Positions 1 to 13,144 of a stretch of DNA of 51,342 nt are shown one piece after another. The translations under genes and the position numbers were made by a program. How positions within the stretch are numbered: position 1 is the first letter of the stretch; each line of letters opens with the position of its first letter. Under the pieces are notes generated by a model, which was not told where the DNA came from, made no database searches, and saw nothing but the letters and a program-made list of their open reading frames with translations. This DNA comes from Solirubrobacteraceae bacterium (GTDB lineage Bacteria > Actinomycetota > Thermoleophilia > Solirubrobacterales > Solirubrobacteraceae). The DNA lies in NCBI GenBank assembly GCA_035719985.1, contig DASTPN010000010.1:1-51342 (forward strand), in the 5' to 3' direction.

Positions 1-1367
1 GCGACGTTGATCGCCTTGAAGATCGCGTCGACGGGACCGTCGCCGGAGGACTCCCCCGTCTTGACCGTCGGTCCACCGCCATCGCCGGCGCCATCCTGGA
101 CAGACACCTCCACCCGTGCCATCGGCGGCCGTGTCGAGGAGGCGCTGACCTCAAACTCGCCCAGCGCGTAGGCAGCCACATCGTCTGAGCGCAGCTCGTC
201 GGCGACCAGCGCCTCCAGATCCATTGCCGTGACTTGCTTCTTGCGGTCGGCGATCTCCTTGAAGCGCTTGAAGGCGGTGTTCAGTGCCTGCCCGTCGACC
301 TTGAACCCCATCTCCTCCAGCGCCGCTCGCAGCGCATGGCGCCCAGAGTGCTTGCCCAGCACGATTGAATTACTGGCCAAACCGACGGTGGTGGCGTCCA
401 TGATCTCGTAGGTGGCTCGCTCCTTGAGAACGCCGTCCTGGTGAATGCCGGCCTCGTGCGCGAACGCGTTGCGCCCGACAATCGCCTTGTTGGGTTGCAC
501 CGGATATCCGCTCAGACGCGAGACCAGCCGTGAAGTGCGGGCGATCTCTTTGGTCTCGATCCCCGTCCACAGGCCCAGCGCTGGCTCGCGCGTGTGCAGC
601 AGCATCACGATCTCCTCAAGCGAGGCATTTCCGGCCCGCTCACCGATGCCGTTGACCGCACACTCGACCTGCCGGCAGCCGGCTTCGATGCCCGCTAGCG
701 AATTGGCGACCGCCAGACCCAGGTCATCGTGACAATGAACCGAGACTGTCACGTCGCGCAGCTGCGGAACCAGGCGATAGAGCTCTGAGAACATCGCCGC
801 GTACTCGCCGGGCAGCGCGTAGCCGACCGTGTCGGGGACGTTGATCGTGCTGGCCCCCTCCTCCAGGGCGACGGCGATCACTTCAGCCATGTAGGGAATG
901 TCCGAGCGCGAGCCGTCCTCGGGCGAGAACTCGACGTCATCGGTGTATTCGCGCGCGTGGGCAACCGCCGCCCTCACTTGACCAATCACATCCTCGCGTG
1001 TTGTCTGCAGCTTGCGCTCGATGTGAATGTCACTGGTGGCGATGAAGGTGTGAATTCGCGCCCGCTCGGCGTCACGCACCGCCTCCCAGGCAGCGTCGAT
1101 GTCCTGCTTGGCTGTGCGCGCCAGCCCGCATATAACCGGACCTTCGACCTCACGGGCGATCGCTTGCACCGACTCGAAATCGCCAGGTGAGGTGATCGGG
1201 AAGCCAGCCTCGATGATGTCCACCCCCAGCCGCGCCAGCTGGTGGGCGATCTCCAGCTTCTCCTGTTGGTTCAGCGCGATTCCCGGCGACTGCTCGCCGT
1301 CGCGCAGCGTCGTGTCGAATACCTTGACGCGGTTGCGCTCGTCTCGTGTTGGGCCCTGTTTGCTCAT
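1..1367 (-). CDS. leuA: 2-isopropylmalate synthase (3' end runs off the window)
   Basis: Manual minus-strand translation from ATG at 1367: [34 protein letters not shown]..; [12 protein letters not shown] and GIGERAGNA motifs; AAGGAG RBS upstream. Absent from the ORF track because no stop lies in the window. Confidence 0.96.
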   Translation of the reverse strand, partial: MSKQGPTRDERNRVKVFDTTLRDGEQSPGIALNQQEKLEIAHQLARLGVDIIEAGFPITSPGDFESVQAIAREVEGPVICGLARTAKQDIDAAWEAVRDAERARIHTFIATSDIHIERKLQTTREDVIGQVRAAVAHAREYTDDVEFSPEDGSRSDIPYMAEVIAVALEEGASTINVPDTVGYALPGEYAAMFSELYRLVPQLRDVTVSVHCHDDLGLAVANSLAGIEAGCRQVECAVNGIGERAGNASLEEIVMLLHTREPALGLWTGIETKEIARTSRLVSRLSGYPVQPNKAIVGRNAFAHEAGIHQDGVLKERATYEIMDATTVGLASNSIVLGKHSGRHALRAALEEMGFKVDGQALNTAFKRFKEIADRKKQVTAMDLEALVADELRSDDVAAYALGEFEVSASSTRPPMARVEVSVQDGAGDGGGPTVKTGESSGDGPVDAIFKAINV

Positions 1368-1433
1368 GCCTTCGCTCCTTTCGCTCGCCTTTGCCTTTCT
1401 CCTGTGGGTTTGCGGCTACGCGGCCGCCACGCG

Positions 1434-1493
1434 CTATTCCCCCCGAGGGGGGAGCAGAAGGAGAAGAAGCGAAAGTGAGCTGCGAAACGGCAT
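1434..1493 (-). CDS. Leu-rich leader (attenuator) peptide MPFRSSLSLLLLLLPPRGE
   Basis: 19-codon ORF ending 66 nt upstream of leuA, with six consecutive Leu codons (CTT CTT CTC CTT CTG CTC); TACCCT -10-like hexamer 9 nt upstream. Confidence 0.85.
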   Translation of the reverse strand: MPFRSSLSLLLLLLPPRGE

Positions 1494-1587
1494 GTGCCAG
1501 GCAGGGTAGCACCGCGCCACGCGGACGCAAAGCGTACTCGAGGGTGGCACAGGTCGCCGCAGGCGGCCGAGCCGGGGCCCTCGTCGA

Positions 1588-5387
<3,800 letters not shown>

Positions 5388-6308
5388 TTATGCGGTCCCC
5401 GTGCCCATAAGCGCCTGCATGGGGATATCCAGGGAGCCATCCTCGGCAGTGAACGGCTTCAAACGCTTGGCCAAACTCTTGCGAATGCTGGCGATCTCAG
5501 CCTCCGGGCGCGCGAGCACCGCGTCGTGGAAGCCGCGGGCGATATCGAGCGTCGTCTCCCAGAACTCATCGAAGCTCTCAGCCCGTTGACTGAAGGCCAA
5601 GCGCTCCACCCACACCTCCTGAAAGCCGGCGGCGCGCAACAGCTCGCGCAAACCCTGCTTGTCGGCCAGCGCGAACGGGCCCGGCGTGCCCGGCTGTGGC
5701 GGTGGCGCCAGGCCGCGTGCGATCAGCTCTGCGCCGGGGTGAAGCGCCCACGGGTTGAGCTCGATCGAATCCCACACCGCCAATGCAACGTGGCCTTCGG
5801 GGCGCAGCACGCGGCGCGTCTCGGCCAACGCGACGGCAGGGTCAGCCATCAGCATGTAACCCCAACGGCACAGGACAGCGTCGACGCTTGCGACCGGCAG
5901 ATCGATCCATTCCGCGTTTAGCACCTGGAACTCGACGTTGGTAAGGCCCATTTCCCCGGCCCTGCGGCGCGCACCGTCGAGCATCGCATCGGCTTGGTCT
6001 GAGGTGATCACACCGCCCGCCGGTGCCACCATTTCAGCGGCAAGAAATCCCGTCTCGCCGAGACCGGCCGCCAACTCCAGCACGCGCTGACCGGGCTGCA
6101 GGTCGACCGCGTCGAGCATCCAGTGCGATACCGGTGCCGAGAGTCGACGCAGCGTCTCCTGGCGTGCGATCCAGCCGGAGGCTGCCTCTTCCCAATTGGT
6201 CAAGCTCGCCGCTCGGTGTGCGCGCGCAGCCTCGCCCTTCAGGCCGACCGCGGCAGCGCTGTCGGGGCGGTCCTGCTCGCGTCCATCCTCGCGCTTGACC
6301 GTACTCAT
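5388..6308 (-). CDS. class I SAM-dependent methyltransferase (UbiE-like fold)
   Basis: VLELAAGLGETG motif I, SVDAVLCRWG, RRVLRPEG; ATG at 6308 with GAAGGGA RBS, 11 bp after the menE stop. Confidence 0.85.
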   Translation of the reverse strand: MSTVKREDGREQDRPDSAAAVGLKGEAARAHRAASLTNWEEAASGWIARQETLRRLSAPVSHWMLDAVDLQPGQRVLELAAGLGETGFLAAEMVAPAGGVITSDQADAMLDGARRRAGEMGLTNVEFQVLNAEWIDLPVASVDAVLCRWGYMLMADPAVALAETRRVLRPEGHVALAVWDSIELNPWALHPGAELIARGLAPPPQPGTPGPFALADKQGLRELLRAAGFQEVWVERLAFSQRAESFDEFWETTLDIARGFHDAVLARPEAEIASIRKSLAKRLKPFTAEDGSLDIPMQALMGTGTA

Positions 6309-6319
6309 GTCAGATCCCT

Positions 6320-7669
6320 TCACAACTCCCTGCGCAACAGCTTGCCAGAGCGCGTGCGCGGGAGCGGCGACGTACGCAGCGAGACGCTCTTGGGCACCTT
6401 GAATGGCGCCAGCTGCTCGGCGCAGTGGGCGCGAAGCTCTGCCTCGACGACTCCCGCCGAGGGTCTTGCCGGCATACGCCGGGCAGACGGCGGCCGTTCC
6501 GGTCTCAGTACGACGATCGCGCTGACCGCCTCGCCCCACTTGGCGTCTTCGCGCCCGAAGACAGCCGCTTCGAGCACATCGGGGTGAGACTCGAGCACCG
6601 CCTCAATCTCGCTGGGCACGATGTTCTCGCCACCGCTGACGATCGTCTCGCTCGCACGTCCGTTGACGCTGAGAGATCCCTGCTCGTCGATCGCGCCGAG
6701 GTCTCCGGTGTGAAGCCAGCCGTCGGTTGCCAACGAGCCCGGCGCCACGGTCGGGCCGGCAACGAGAATCTCACCGGAGGAGTCGATGCTCACATTTGTG
6801 CAGAACAGCGGCGGGCCGGCGGTGCTCACCTGTGAACAGGCCTCGCTGAGACCGTACGTCGGCGTCACCGGGACGCCGGCCGCGCGGGCGCGAGCGATTA
6901 GCGAGGTGGGAACCGGACCGCCACCGGTCAACGCATGACGCAGCGTGGGCGGCTTGTTCAGACCCGCATCGAGCAGGCGCGAGAGCGTGGTGGCGACCAG
7001 CGAGACCAATGTGATCTCGTCCTCTTCGAGCGCCTCCAGCACGGGCTCGGTGTCAAAGCGTTCGTGAATGACCGCGGTGCTCGCATAGATCGTCGATCGC
7101 AGCAGAATCGACAGGCCGCCGACATGAGCGAGCGGCAATGTGCACAGCCAGCGCTCACACGGGTCGACTCCGAGCGCCACGCCCGAACCGAGCGCGCTCC
7201 ACAGGAAATTGCCGTAGGTCAGCCCGACCGGGCGCGACGCCGAGGTCGTGCCGGAGGTGTGGATGATCACGCAGACGTCCTCCAACTCGTGCGTGAAGGA
7301 ATCGGGCTCCGCGCGAAAGTCTGGCCTTACGACCGTGAGCGGCGCCTTGGCCGAGAGCGGCGTATCCACGAATACGCGAGCGCCTGCGACCGTGCGCGCT
7401 CGCTCTGTCTGCGTCAAGCGCAGGTCGACCGGGACCGCAATGGCGCCAAGCAGTAGGCAGGCGTGCAGCGCGACCGCAAAATCGATGCCGGCTGGCAACG
7501 CGATCGCGACCCGCTCGCCTCGGCATGCCCCTAGTTCGGCCAGCTCGGCGGCGCCGCGTCGTGCTGCACCCCACAACTCGGCGTAAGTGAACGCCGTGTG
7601 CGGTGTCTCGACCGCAACGGTGGTGGGCATCGTACGCGCCGCCCGCGCCAGCCATGCCTCGACCTGCAT
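6320..7669 (-). CDS. menE: o-succinylbenzoate-CoA ligase
   Basis: AMP-binding IIHTSGTT, YGLSEA, WLHTGDLG, IVSGGENI, SGKLLR; men cluster context; start ATG 7669 after TACCCT. Confidence 0.88.
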   Translation of the reverse strand: MQVEAWLARAARTMPTTVAVETPHTAFTYAELWGAARRGAAELAELGACRGERVAIALPAGIDFAVALHACLLLGAIAVPVDLRLTQTERARTVAGARVFVDTPLSAKAPLTVVRPDFRAEPDSFTHELEDVCVIIHTSGTTSASRPVGLTYGNFLWSALGSGVALGVDPCERWLCTLPLAHVGGLSILLRSTIYASTAVIHERFDTEPVLEALEEDEITLVSLVATTLSRLLDAGLNKPPTLRHALTGGGPVPTSLIARARAAGVPVTPTYGLSEACSQVSTAGPPLFCTNVSIDSSGEILVAGPTVAPGSLATDGWLHTGDLGAIDEQGSLSVNGRASETIVSGGENIVPSEIEAVLESHPDVLEAAVFGREDAKWGEAVSAIVVLRPERPPSARRMPARPSAGVVEAELRAHCAEQLAPFKVPKSVSLRTSPLPRTRSGKLLRREL

Positions 7670-7757
7670 TGCGCCAGGGTAGCCTTCGCGTGCGCTTAGA
7701 GCATCCTGGACACAGAAGCGCACGGCGCACAGGCCTGCACAGAGAGGAGCTTCACCG

Positions 7758-8603
7758 TTGAGCACGACTTGGACGCAGCTAGGTAATTACACCGACATCC
7801 GCTACGAGAAGGCCGCCGAGCCCGACCACGGCATCGCCAAGATCACGATCGACCGGCCACAGGTCAGAAACGCTTTCAGGCCACAGACGGTGATCGAGAT
7901 CTCTCAAGCGCTCGAGCAGGCGCGTGAGGACACAGAGGTGGGCGTGATCGTCCTCACCGGCGAGGGGCCGCTTGCGTTTTGCTCCGGCGGCGATCAGAGC
8001 GTGCGCGGCGATTCCGGCTATCTGGCCGAGGACGCGGCCGGCAAAGCCGGCGTAGGGCGCTTCCACGTCACCGACCTGCATGTGCAGATCCGCCGCCTGC
8101 CCAAGCCCGTTATCGCGATGGTCGCCGGCTATGCGGTCGGCGGCGGGCAGGTGTTGCAACTGGTCTGCGATCTTGCGATAGCCGCCGATAACGCCCGCTT
8201 CGGGCAGACCGGGCCGCGTGTGGGGTCCTTTGACGGCGGCTTCGGAGCGTCGCTTTTGGCCAACATGGTCGGGGTGCGCAAGGCCAAGGAGATCTGGTTT
8301 CTCTGTCGCCAGTACGACGCTACCGAAGCTCTGGAGATGGGATTGATCAACGCGGTGGTGGCGCTGGATGAGCTGGAGGCTGAGACGGTGCGCTGGTGCA
8401 AGGAGATGCTCGCGCTCTCCCCGTTTGCGCTGCGACTGCTGAAGGCGAGCTTCAACGCCGCCGAAGACGGGCTCTCCGGAATCCAGCAGCTCGCCCATGA
8501 CGCCAACCTGCTCTTCTATGGCAGCGAGGAGGCCCAAGAGGGACGCGAGGCCTACAAGGGCAAGCGCCAACCGGACTTCGCGCGCTTCCCGCGACGAGCA
8601 TGA
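7758..8603 (+). CDS. menB: 1,4-dihydroxy-2-naphthoyl-CoA synthase
   Basis: [40 protein letters not shown]; GGAG RBS before TTG. Confidence 0.96.
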   Translation: MSTTWTQLGNYTDIRYEKAAEPDHGIAKITIDRPQVRNAFRPQTVIEISQALEQAREDTEVGVIVLTGEGPLAFCSGGDQSVRGDSGYLAEDAAGKAGVGRFHVTDLHVQIRRLPKPVIAMVAGYAVGGGQVLQLVCDLAIAADNARFGQTGPRVGSFDGGFGASLLANMVGVRKAKEIWFLCRQYDATEALEMGLINAVVALDELEAETVRWCKEMLALSPFALRLLKASFNAAEDGLSGIQQLAHDANLLFYGSEEAQEGREAYKGKRQPDFARFPRRA

Positions 8604-9559
8604 GCAGCCAACAAACAACCAGCACATCCGCAGCGGCGATAGGCACCACCACTGCAAGCGCCTCCAGTCCGGTTCACATCTGGTTGATGGCCGCTCGCCT
8701 GCGCACGTTGCCGGCCGCGGTGGCGCCGGTTCTGGTCGGCACTTCGCTCGCGCTCGGCAGCGGCAGCTTCCGGGCGCTGGCGTTTGTGGCGGCGCTGCTG
8801 GGGGCGATCTTCATCCAGGTCGGTACGAACCTCTCAAACGACTACTCCGACGCGCGGCGCGGTGCCGACAACGAGGACCGGCTCGGGCCGGTGCGAGTAA
8901 CGGCCGGAGGGCTCGTGCCGCCGGGCAAGGTGCTGCTTGCCACCTGGATCACGTTCGGACTGGCGGTCCTCTGCGGGGTCTACCTGGTCGCCATCGCCGG
9001 CTGGGCGCTGATCGCGGTCGGTGCCGCCTCGATTCTGGCCGGGGTGCTCTATACCGGCGGACCACGACCCTATGGCTATGAGGGGCTCGGCGAGCTGTTC
9101 GTGTTCCTGTTCTTTGGCATCGTCGCCGTCACCGGCTCTTATTTCGTACAGGTCAGCGAGCTGGAGTGGCCAGCTTTTGCCTGTGCTGTGCCGGTGGGGC
9201 TGCTGGCCAGCGCGATCCTGGTCGTCAACAATGTCCGTGACCTGGAGACAGATCGGCGCGCGGGCAAGCGCACACTGGCGGTGCGGCTCGGGCGCGAGCG
9301 CACCCGCGCGCTGTATACAGCGATGATCGCGCTGGCGTTCCTGCTGGCACCGCTGTCGTGGGCGCTCGGTTCGATGACGGCCTGGTTGCTGGCGCCGTGG
9401 CTTGCGATCCCACTGGCGCTTCCGCTCGTGCGAATCGTGCGTACACGGGTAGATGGACCGACACTAAACGGCGCACTGGCGAAGACGGGGATGCTTCAGC
9501 TGATCTTCTGCGTGCTGTTCTCCGCCGGCATTCTTGCCAGCGGCGGGATCGGGAGCTGA
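8600..9559 (+). CDS. menA: 1,4-dihydroxy-2-naphthoate polyprenyltransferase
   Basis: [39 protein letters not shown]...[10 protein letters not shown]; multiple TM segments. Confidence 0.95.
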   Translation: MSSQQTTSTSAAAIGTTTASASSPVHIWLMAARLRTLPAAVAPVLVGTSLALGSGSFRALAFVAALLGAIFIQVGTNLSNDYSDARRGADNEDRLGPVRVTAGGLVPPGKVLLATWITFGLAVLCGVYLVAIAGWALIAVGAASILAGVLYTGGPRPYGYEGLGELFVFLFFGIVAVTGSYFVQVSELEWPAFACAVPVGLLASAILVVNNVRDLETDRRAGKRTLAVRLGRERTRALYTAMIALAFLLAPLSWALGSMTAWLLAPWLAIPLALPLVRIVRTRVDGPTLNGALAKTGMLQLIFCVLFSAGILASGGIGS

Positions 9560-9569
9560 GCACGCCACT

Positions 9570-10622
9570 GTGCATCTGAACGTGCGCCGGCACACGTTGC
9601 GCCTGCGAGCACCCCTGATCAGCGCCTATGGCGCGGTCGGCGAGCGGGTCGTGCTGTCGGTTTGGCTGCAAGATGAGGACGGAGCGGTCGGCTACGGAGA
9701 AGCGGCGCCGCTCGCTGCCTATGACGGCGTCAGCGTGCAGCGCGTCGAGCAGGCGCTGGAGCACTACCGGCCGGTGCTGGCCGCAAGCGCCGGGCTAAAC
9801 GGCGCCGAGATTGTGGACGCCTGCCGGCGCGCCGATGACCTGCCCGAGGCGTTCGCGGCGATCGACATGGCGTTGTGGGATCGCGCCGGTCGGCGCGCGG
9901 GCAAGCCGGTGGCAGCGCTGATCACCGACTCACCCGCCCCATCGGTAGCGGTGAATGCCACGATCTCCGCGCTTGATCGCGCCGGTGCGTCGGAGGGGGC
10001 CGCCGCTGCCGCGGCGGCGGGGTTTGCATGCTTGAAGTTGAAGGTCGGCAGTGGCGATGACGCCGGCCGCTTGGCAGCCGTGCGAGCAGCAGCCGGGGCC
10101 CAGATGGCGATTCGCCTGGACGCCAATGGGGCTTGGACGGTCGAGCAGGCCGTGCGCAACATCGAAGCGCTGGCGCCGGCAGGGCTCGAGCTGGTCGAGG
10201 AGCCCGTGCATGGGCTCTCAGCCGTGCGCGCGGTGCGCGAGCGCGTGGCGACGCGGGTTGCGATCGACGAGACTGCGGTCGAGCATGGTGCGCTCACCGC
10301 CGGGGTTGCCGATGCCGTCTGCTTGAAGATCTCGCGCTGCGGGGGAATTTCCGGATTGCTCGCGGCCGCCACGCTCGTCCGTGCCTCCGGCGCCGAGGCT
10401 TATGTGGCCTCGACGCTGGACGGGCCGCTTGGCATCGCGGCCGCGATGCACGCCGCTGCCGCGCTTGCCTCCCGCGGGGCGCTGCCGGCCTGTGGCTTGG
10501 CGACGCTTGGGATGTTCGACGAAGTCCCAGCCGATCTGCTCGCACCGCGGCAGGGACAGATTGCGTTGCCCAGCGGACCGGGGCTCGGCGTCGAGCCGCT
10601 GCCCAATACAGATGCGCTATGA
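9570..10622 (+). CDS. menC: o-succinylbenzoate synthase (enolase superfamily)
   Basis: GYGEAAPL, KLKVG, IRLDANGAW, VEEP, AIDE, LKI motifs; men context; start (GTG 9570) approximate. Confidence 0.82.
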   Translation: MHLNVRRHTLRLRAPLISAYGAVGERVVLSVWLQDEDGAVGYGEAAPLAAYDGVSVQRVEQALEHYRPVLAASAGLNGAEIVDACRRADDLPEAFAAIDMALWDRAGRRAGKPVAALITDSPAPSVAVNATISALDRAGASEGAAAAAAAGFACLKLKVGSGDDAGRLAAVRAAAGAQMAIRLDANGAWTVEQAVRNIEALAPAGLELVEEPVHGLSAVRAVRERVATRVAIDETAVEHGALTAGVADAVCLKISRCGGISGLLAAATLVRASGAEAYVASTLDGPLGIAAAMHAAAALASRGALPACGLATLGMFDEVPADLLAPRQGQIALPSGPGLGVEPLPNTDAL

Positions 10623-11396
10623 CACCTGCGCACCGTCGCTGAGGACGCTGCTTTGGCAAATCGCGGCCGCGACGGCAGCCGGGCTCTCCAGCGGCAGGCG
10701 GTGCCCGCCCCGGGCGAGCTTCAGTCTGGCGTCGGGCAGTAACTCAACCATTCGCCAGGCAATTGTCTGGAACTTGGCGTCGCGATCGCCGGCAATCACC
10801 ACCACGGGCATTAACAGCTCGCCCAGGCGAGGCCATAGCGAGGCCATCTCTCCCGTGCCCAGGCCGCGCAGAACAGCGGCCAGCTGGCACGGGTCGTTGC
10901 GAAGGTAGTCGGCCCGCGCCAGCGCCTCCACCGGCTCGGGATCGGCCGCGAACATCGGCTGCGCGCACCAGCGCTCGGCGAACTGCTCGATCGAGCCGGC
11001 TTCGATCTGCTTGGCAAGCTCATGATCGGTCTCGCTGCGCTGCGCCCGTTCGAGCGGATCCTCCAGCCCGGGGGCACTGGCGACCAGCACGAGCTTTGTT
11101 ACACGCTCGGGTGCGCCAAGCGCCACATGCAGCGCGAGCCTGCCTCCGAGCGAGTACCCGCACAGGGTAAAGCGCTCAGGCGCGCGTGCCAGGACCGATT
11201 CGACACAGCCGTCGAAGTCGATCGCGCCCACCGCGTCGCTGCCTGCGCCTTTGGCGCCAGCGCGCTCGCCCAGGGAACCGTGGCCGGGGAGGTCGAGCGC
11301 GAGCGAGCGATAGCGTTCGCCCGGAAGATGGGTCAACACGTCATCCCAGCAGCGGGCGGTGCCTGCAAAGCCATGCAACAAAACGACCCACTCCAC
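10617..11396 (-). CDS. menH: alpha/beta hydrolase, probable SHCHC synthase
   Basis: LLHGFAG, DLPGHG, GYSLGGRLAL nucleophile elbow, GDRDAKF, GH; adjacent to menD. Confidence 0.82.
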   Translation of the reverse strand: MEWVVLLHGFAGTARCWDDVLTHLPGERYRSLALDLPGHGSLGERAGAKGAGSDAVGAIDFDGCVESVLARAPERFTLCGYSLGGRLALHVALGAPERVTKLVLVASAPGLEDPLERAQRSETDHELAKQIEAGSIEQFAERWCAQPMFAADPEPVEALARADYLRNDPCQLAAVLRGLGTGEMASLWPRLGELLMPVVVIAGDRDAKFQTIAWRMVELLPDARLKLARGGHRLPLESPAAVAAAICQSSVLSDGAQVS

Positions 11397-11407
11397 AAGC
11401 GCATCCT

Positions 11408-13144
11408 ATGACCTCGGGCCCCGACCATCAGCCGCTGCTCGCCGCATTCGCCGATGAGCTCGCCCGCTGCGGCTTGCGCCACGCCTGCACCTCACCGGGA
11501 TCGCGCTGCGCGCCGCTCGTGCTGGCGCTAAGCGCCGAGCGGCAGTTGCGTTGTTATTCGCACATCGACGAGCGCAGCGCCGGCTTCTTCGCACTCGGAC
11601 TGGCAAAGGCGTCCTACCGGCCGGTCGCGCTGACGTGCACCTCGGGCACTGCCGTCGCCGAGCTGTTGCCCGCTGTGGTGGAGGCGCACGAGGCGCGTGT
11701 GCCTCTGATCGTGCTGAGCGCCGACCGGCCGCCGGAACTGCGTGACATCGGTGCCGGACAAACGATCGATCAGTTGAAGATCTTCGGCGGCTTTGCCAAG
11801 TGGTTCTTTGAGGTCGGCACGCACGCGAGCACGGCCGAGAGTGTGCGTTGGATGCGGATGCTGGCCTGCCGTGCCTACTGGACGGCGGTTGAGGGCAGGC
11901 CGGGGGTCGTGCACCTTAACTTCGCCTTGCGCGAACCGCTCGTAGTCAACATGGCGCCCGAGCCACCGTGCGCAGGCCGCCCCGACGGGCGGCCGCTCGT
12001 GACCCGGTCCGCAACCCGCGTTTTGGCGCCCACGGACGCCGAGTCACTGGCCCAGCCGGTGACAGCCTGCCGACGTGGACTGGTGGTGGCCGGCCGCCAC
12101 GAGCGCGACACTCCGCTTGGCCAGGCCGCTGCCACGTTCTGCGCGAGGGCCGGCTGGCCGCTGCTTGCCGATCCCCTCTCAGGCGCGCGACGTGGCGAGG
12201 CGGCCATTGCTCACTACGACGCCCTGCTGCGAGATGACTCATTTGCCTTGGCAGCCAGGCCCGATCTGATCTTGCGCGTAGGCGATCTGCCCACTTCCAA
12301 GCCGCTGCGGGCGTGGCTGGCCGGGATGCCCGAGGTGCCGCAGGCCGTGATCGACGCTGAGGGCTGTTGGCAGGATCCGGACATGACGCTCTGCCGTGTC
12401 TTCTCGTTGGAGCCGGCCGCCGCGATTGAGACGCTCGATGCTTTGCCGGCAGATCCCGACTGGCTTTCGCTATGGAGCCGCGCCGACAAACGGTCGGCTC
12501 GCGCGATCGGAGAGTCGCTGGCGCTCGCCAACGCCGGGCTGAGCGAGCCGGCCGTGGCGAGCGAGCTTGGCGTGCTACTGCCGGAGAACTCGACGCTGTT
12601 CGTCGCCTCCTCGATGCCCGTTCGCGACATCGAGACGTTCTGGCCGGCGCGAGCGGACCCGCCCCGAGTGCTCTGCAACCGCGGCGCCAACGGCATCGAC
12701 GGGACCGTCTCGAGCGCTTTTGGCGCGGCCGCCGCCAGCGTGGGGCCGGTGGTGCTCCTGATCGGCGACGTGGCCTTCGCACACGATCTCGGCGGGCTGC
12801 TTGCCGGCAGCCGGCTCTCTCTGAAGCTGACGATCGTGCTGATCAACAACGGGGGCGGCGGCATCTTCGATTTCCTGCCGGTCGCAAAGGCCCCCCTTGC
12901 GTTGCAAGCGGACCGCTACCGCGAGCACATCGCCACACCGACAGGGCTGGACTTCGCCAAGGTCGCCGATTGCTACGGCCTGAGCCACGAGCCGGTATCG
13001 GACATGGCCGGCTTTCGAGCCGCACTCGAGCGCGCACTGGAGGCGCCGCACTCGACACTAATCGAAGTCAAGAGCGAACGATCGGCAAACGTCGATCTGC
13101 ATCGCCGCACCTGGGACGCCGTGTCCAAGGCGCTCAGGAGCTGA
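11408..13144 (+). CDS. menD: SEPHCHC synthase (ThDP-dependent)
   Basis: SPGSR..PL, IDERSAGFFALG, CTSGTA, ADRPPEL, NRGANGIDG, GD.AF.HD, NNGGGGIF; start at ATG 11408 rather than the ORF-track 11186. Confidence 0.95.
   Translation: MTSGPDHQPLLAAFADELARCGLRHACTSPGSRCAPLVLALSAERQLRCYSHIDERSAGFFALGLAKASYRPVALTCTSGTAVAELLPAVVEAHEARVPLIVLSADRPPELRDIGAGQTIDQLKIFGGFAKWFFEVGTHASTAESVRWMRMLACRAYWTAVEGRPGVVHLNFALREPLVVNMAPEPPCAGRPDGRPLVTRSATRVLAPTDAESLAQPVTACRRGLVVAGRHERDTPLGQAAATFCARAGWPLLADPLSGARRGEAAIAHYDALLRDDSFALAARPDLILRVGDLPTSKPLRAWLAGMPEVPQAVIDAEGCWQDPDMTLCRVFSLEPAAAIETLDALPADPDWLSLWSRADKRSARAIGESLALANAGLSEPAVASELGVLLPENSTLFVASSMPVRDIETFWPARADPPRVLCNRGANGIDGTVSSAFGAAAASVGPVVLLIGDVAFAHDLGGLLAGSRLSLKLTIVLINNGGGGIFDFLPVAKAPLALQADRYREHIATPTGLDFAKVADCYGLSHEPVSDMAGFRAALERALEAPHSTLIEVKSERSANVDLHRRTWDAVSKALRS

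Noticed and set aside
11186-11407. N-terminal extension of MenD
   Set aside because: Lies antisense within menH and is low-complexity Arg/Pro-rich; homology starts after ATG 11408
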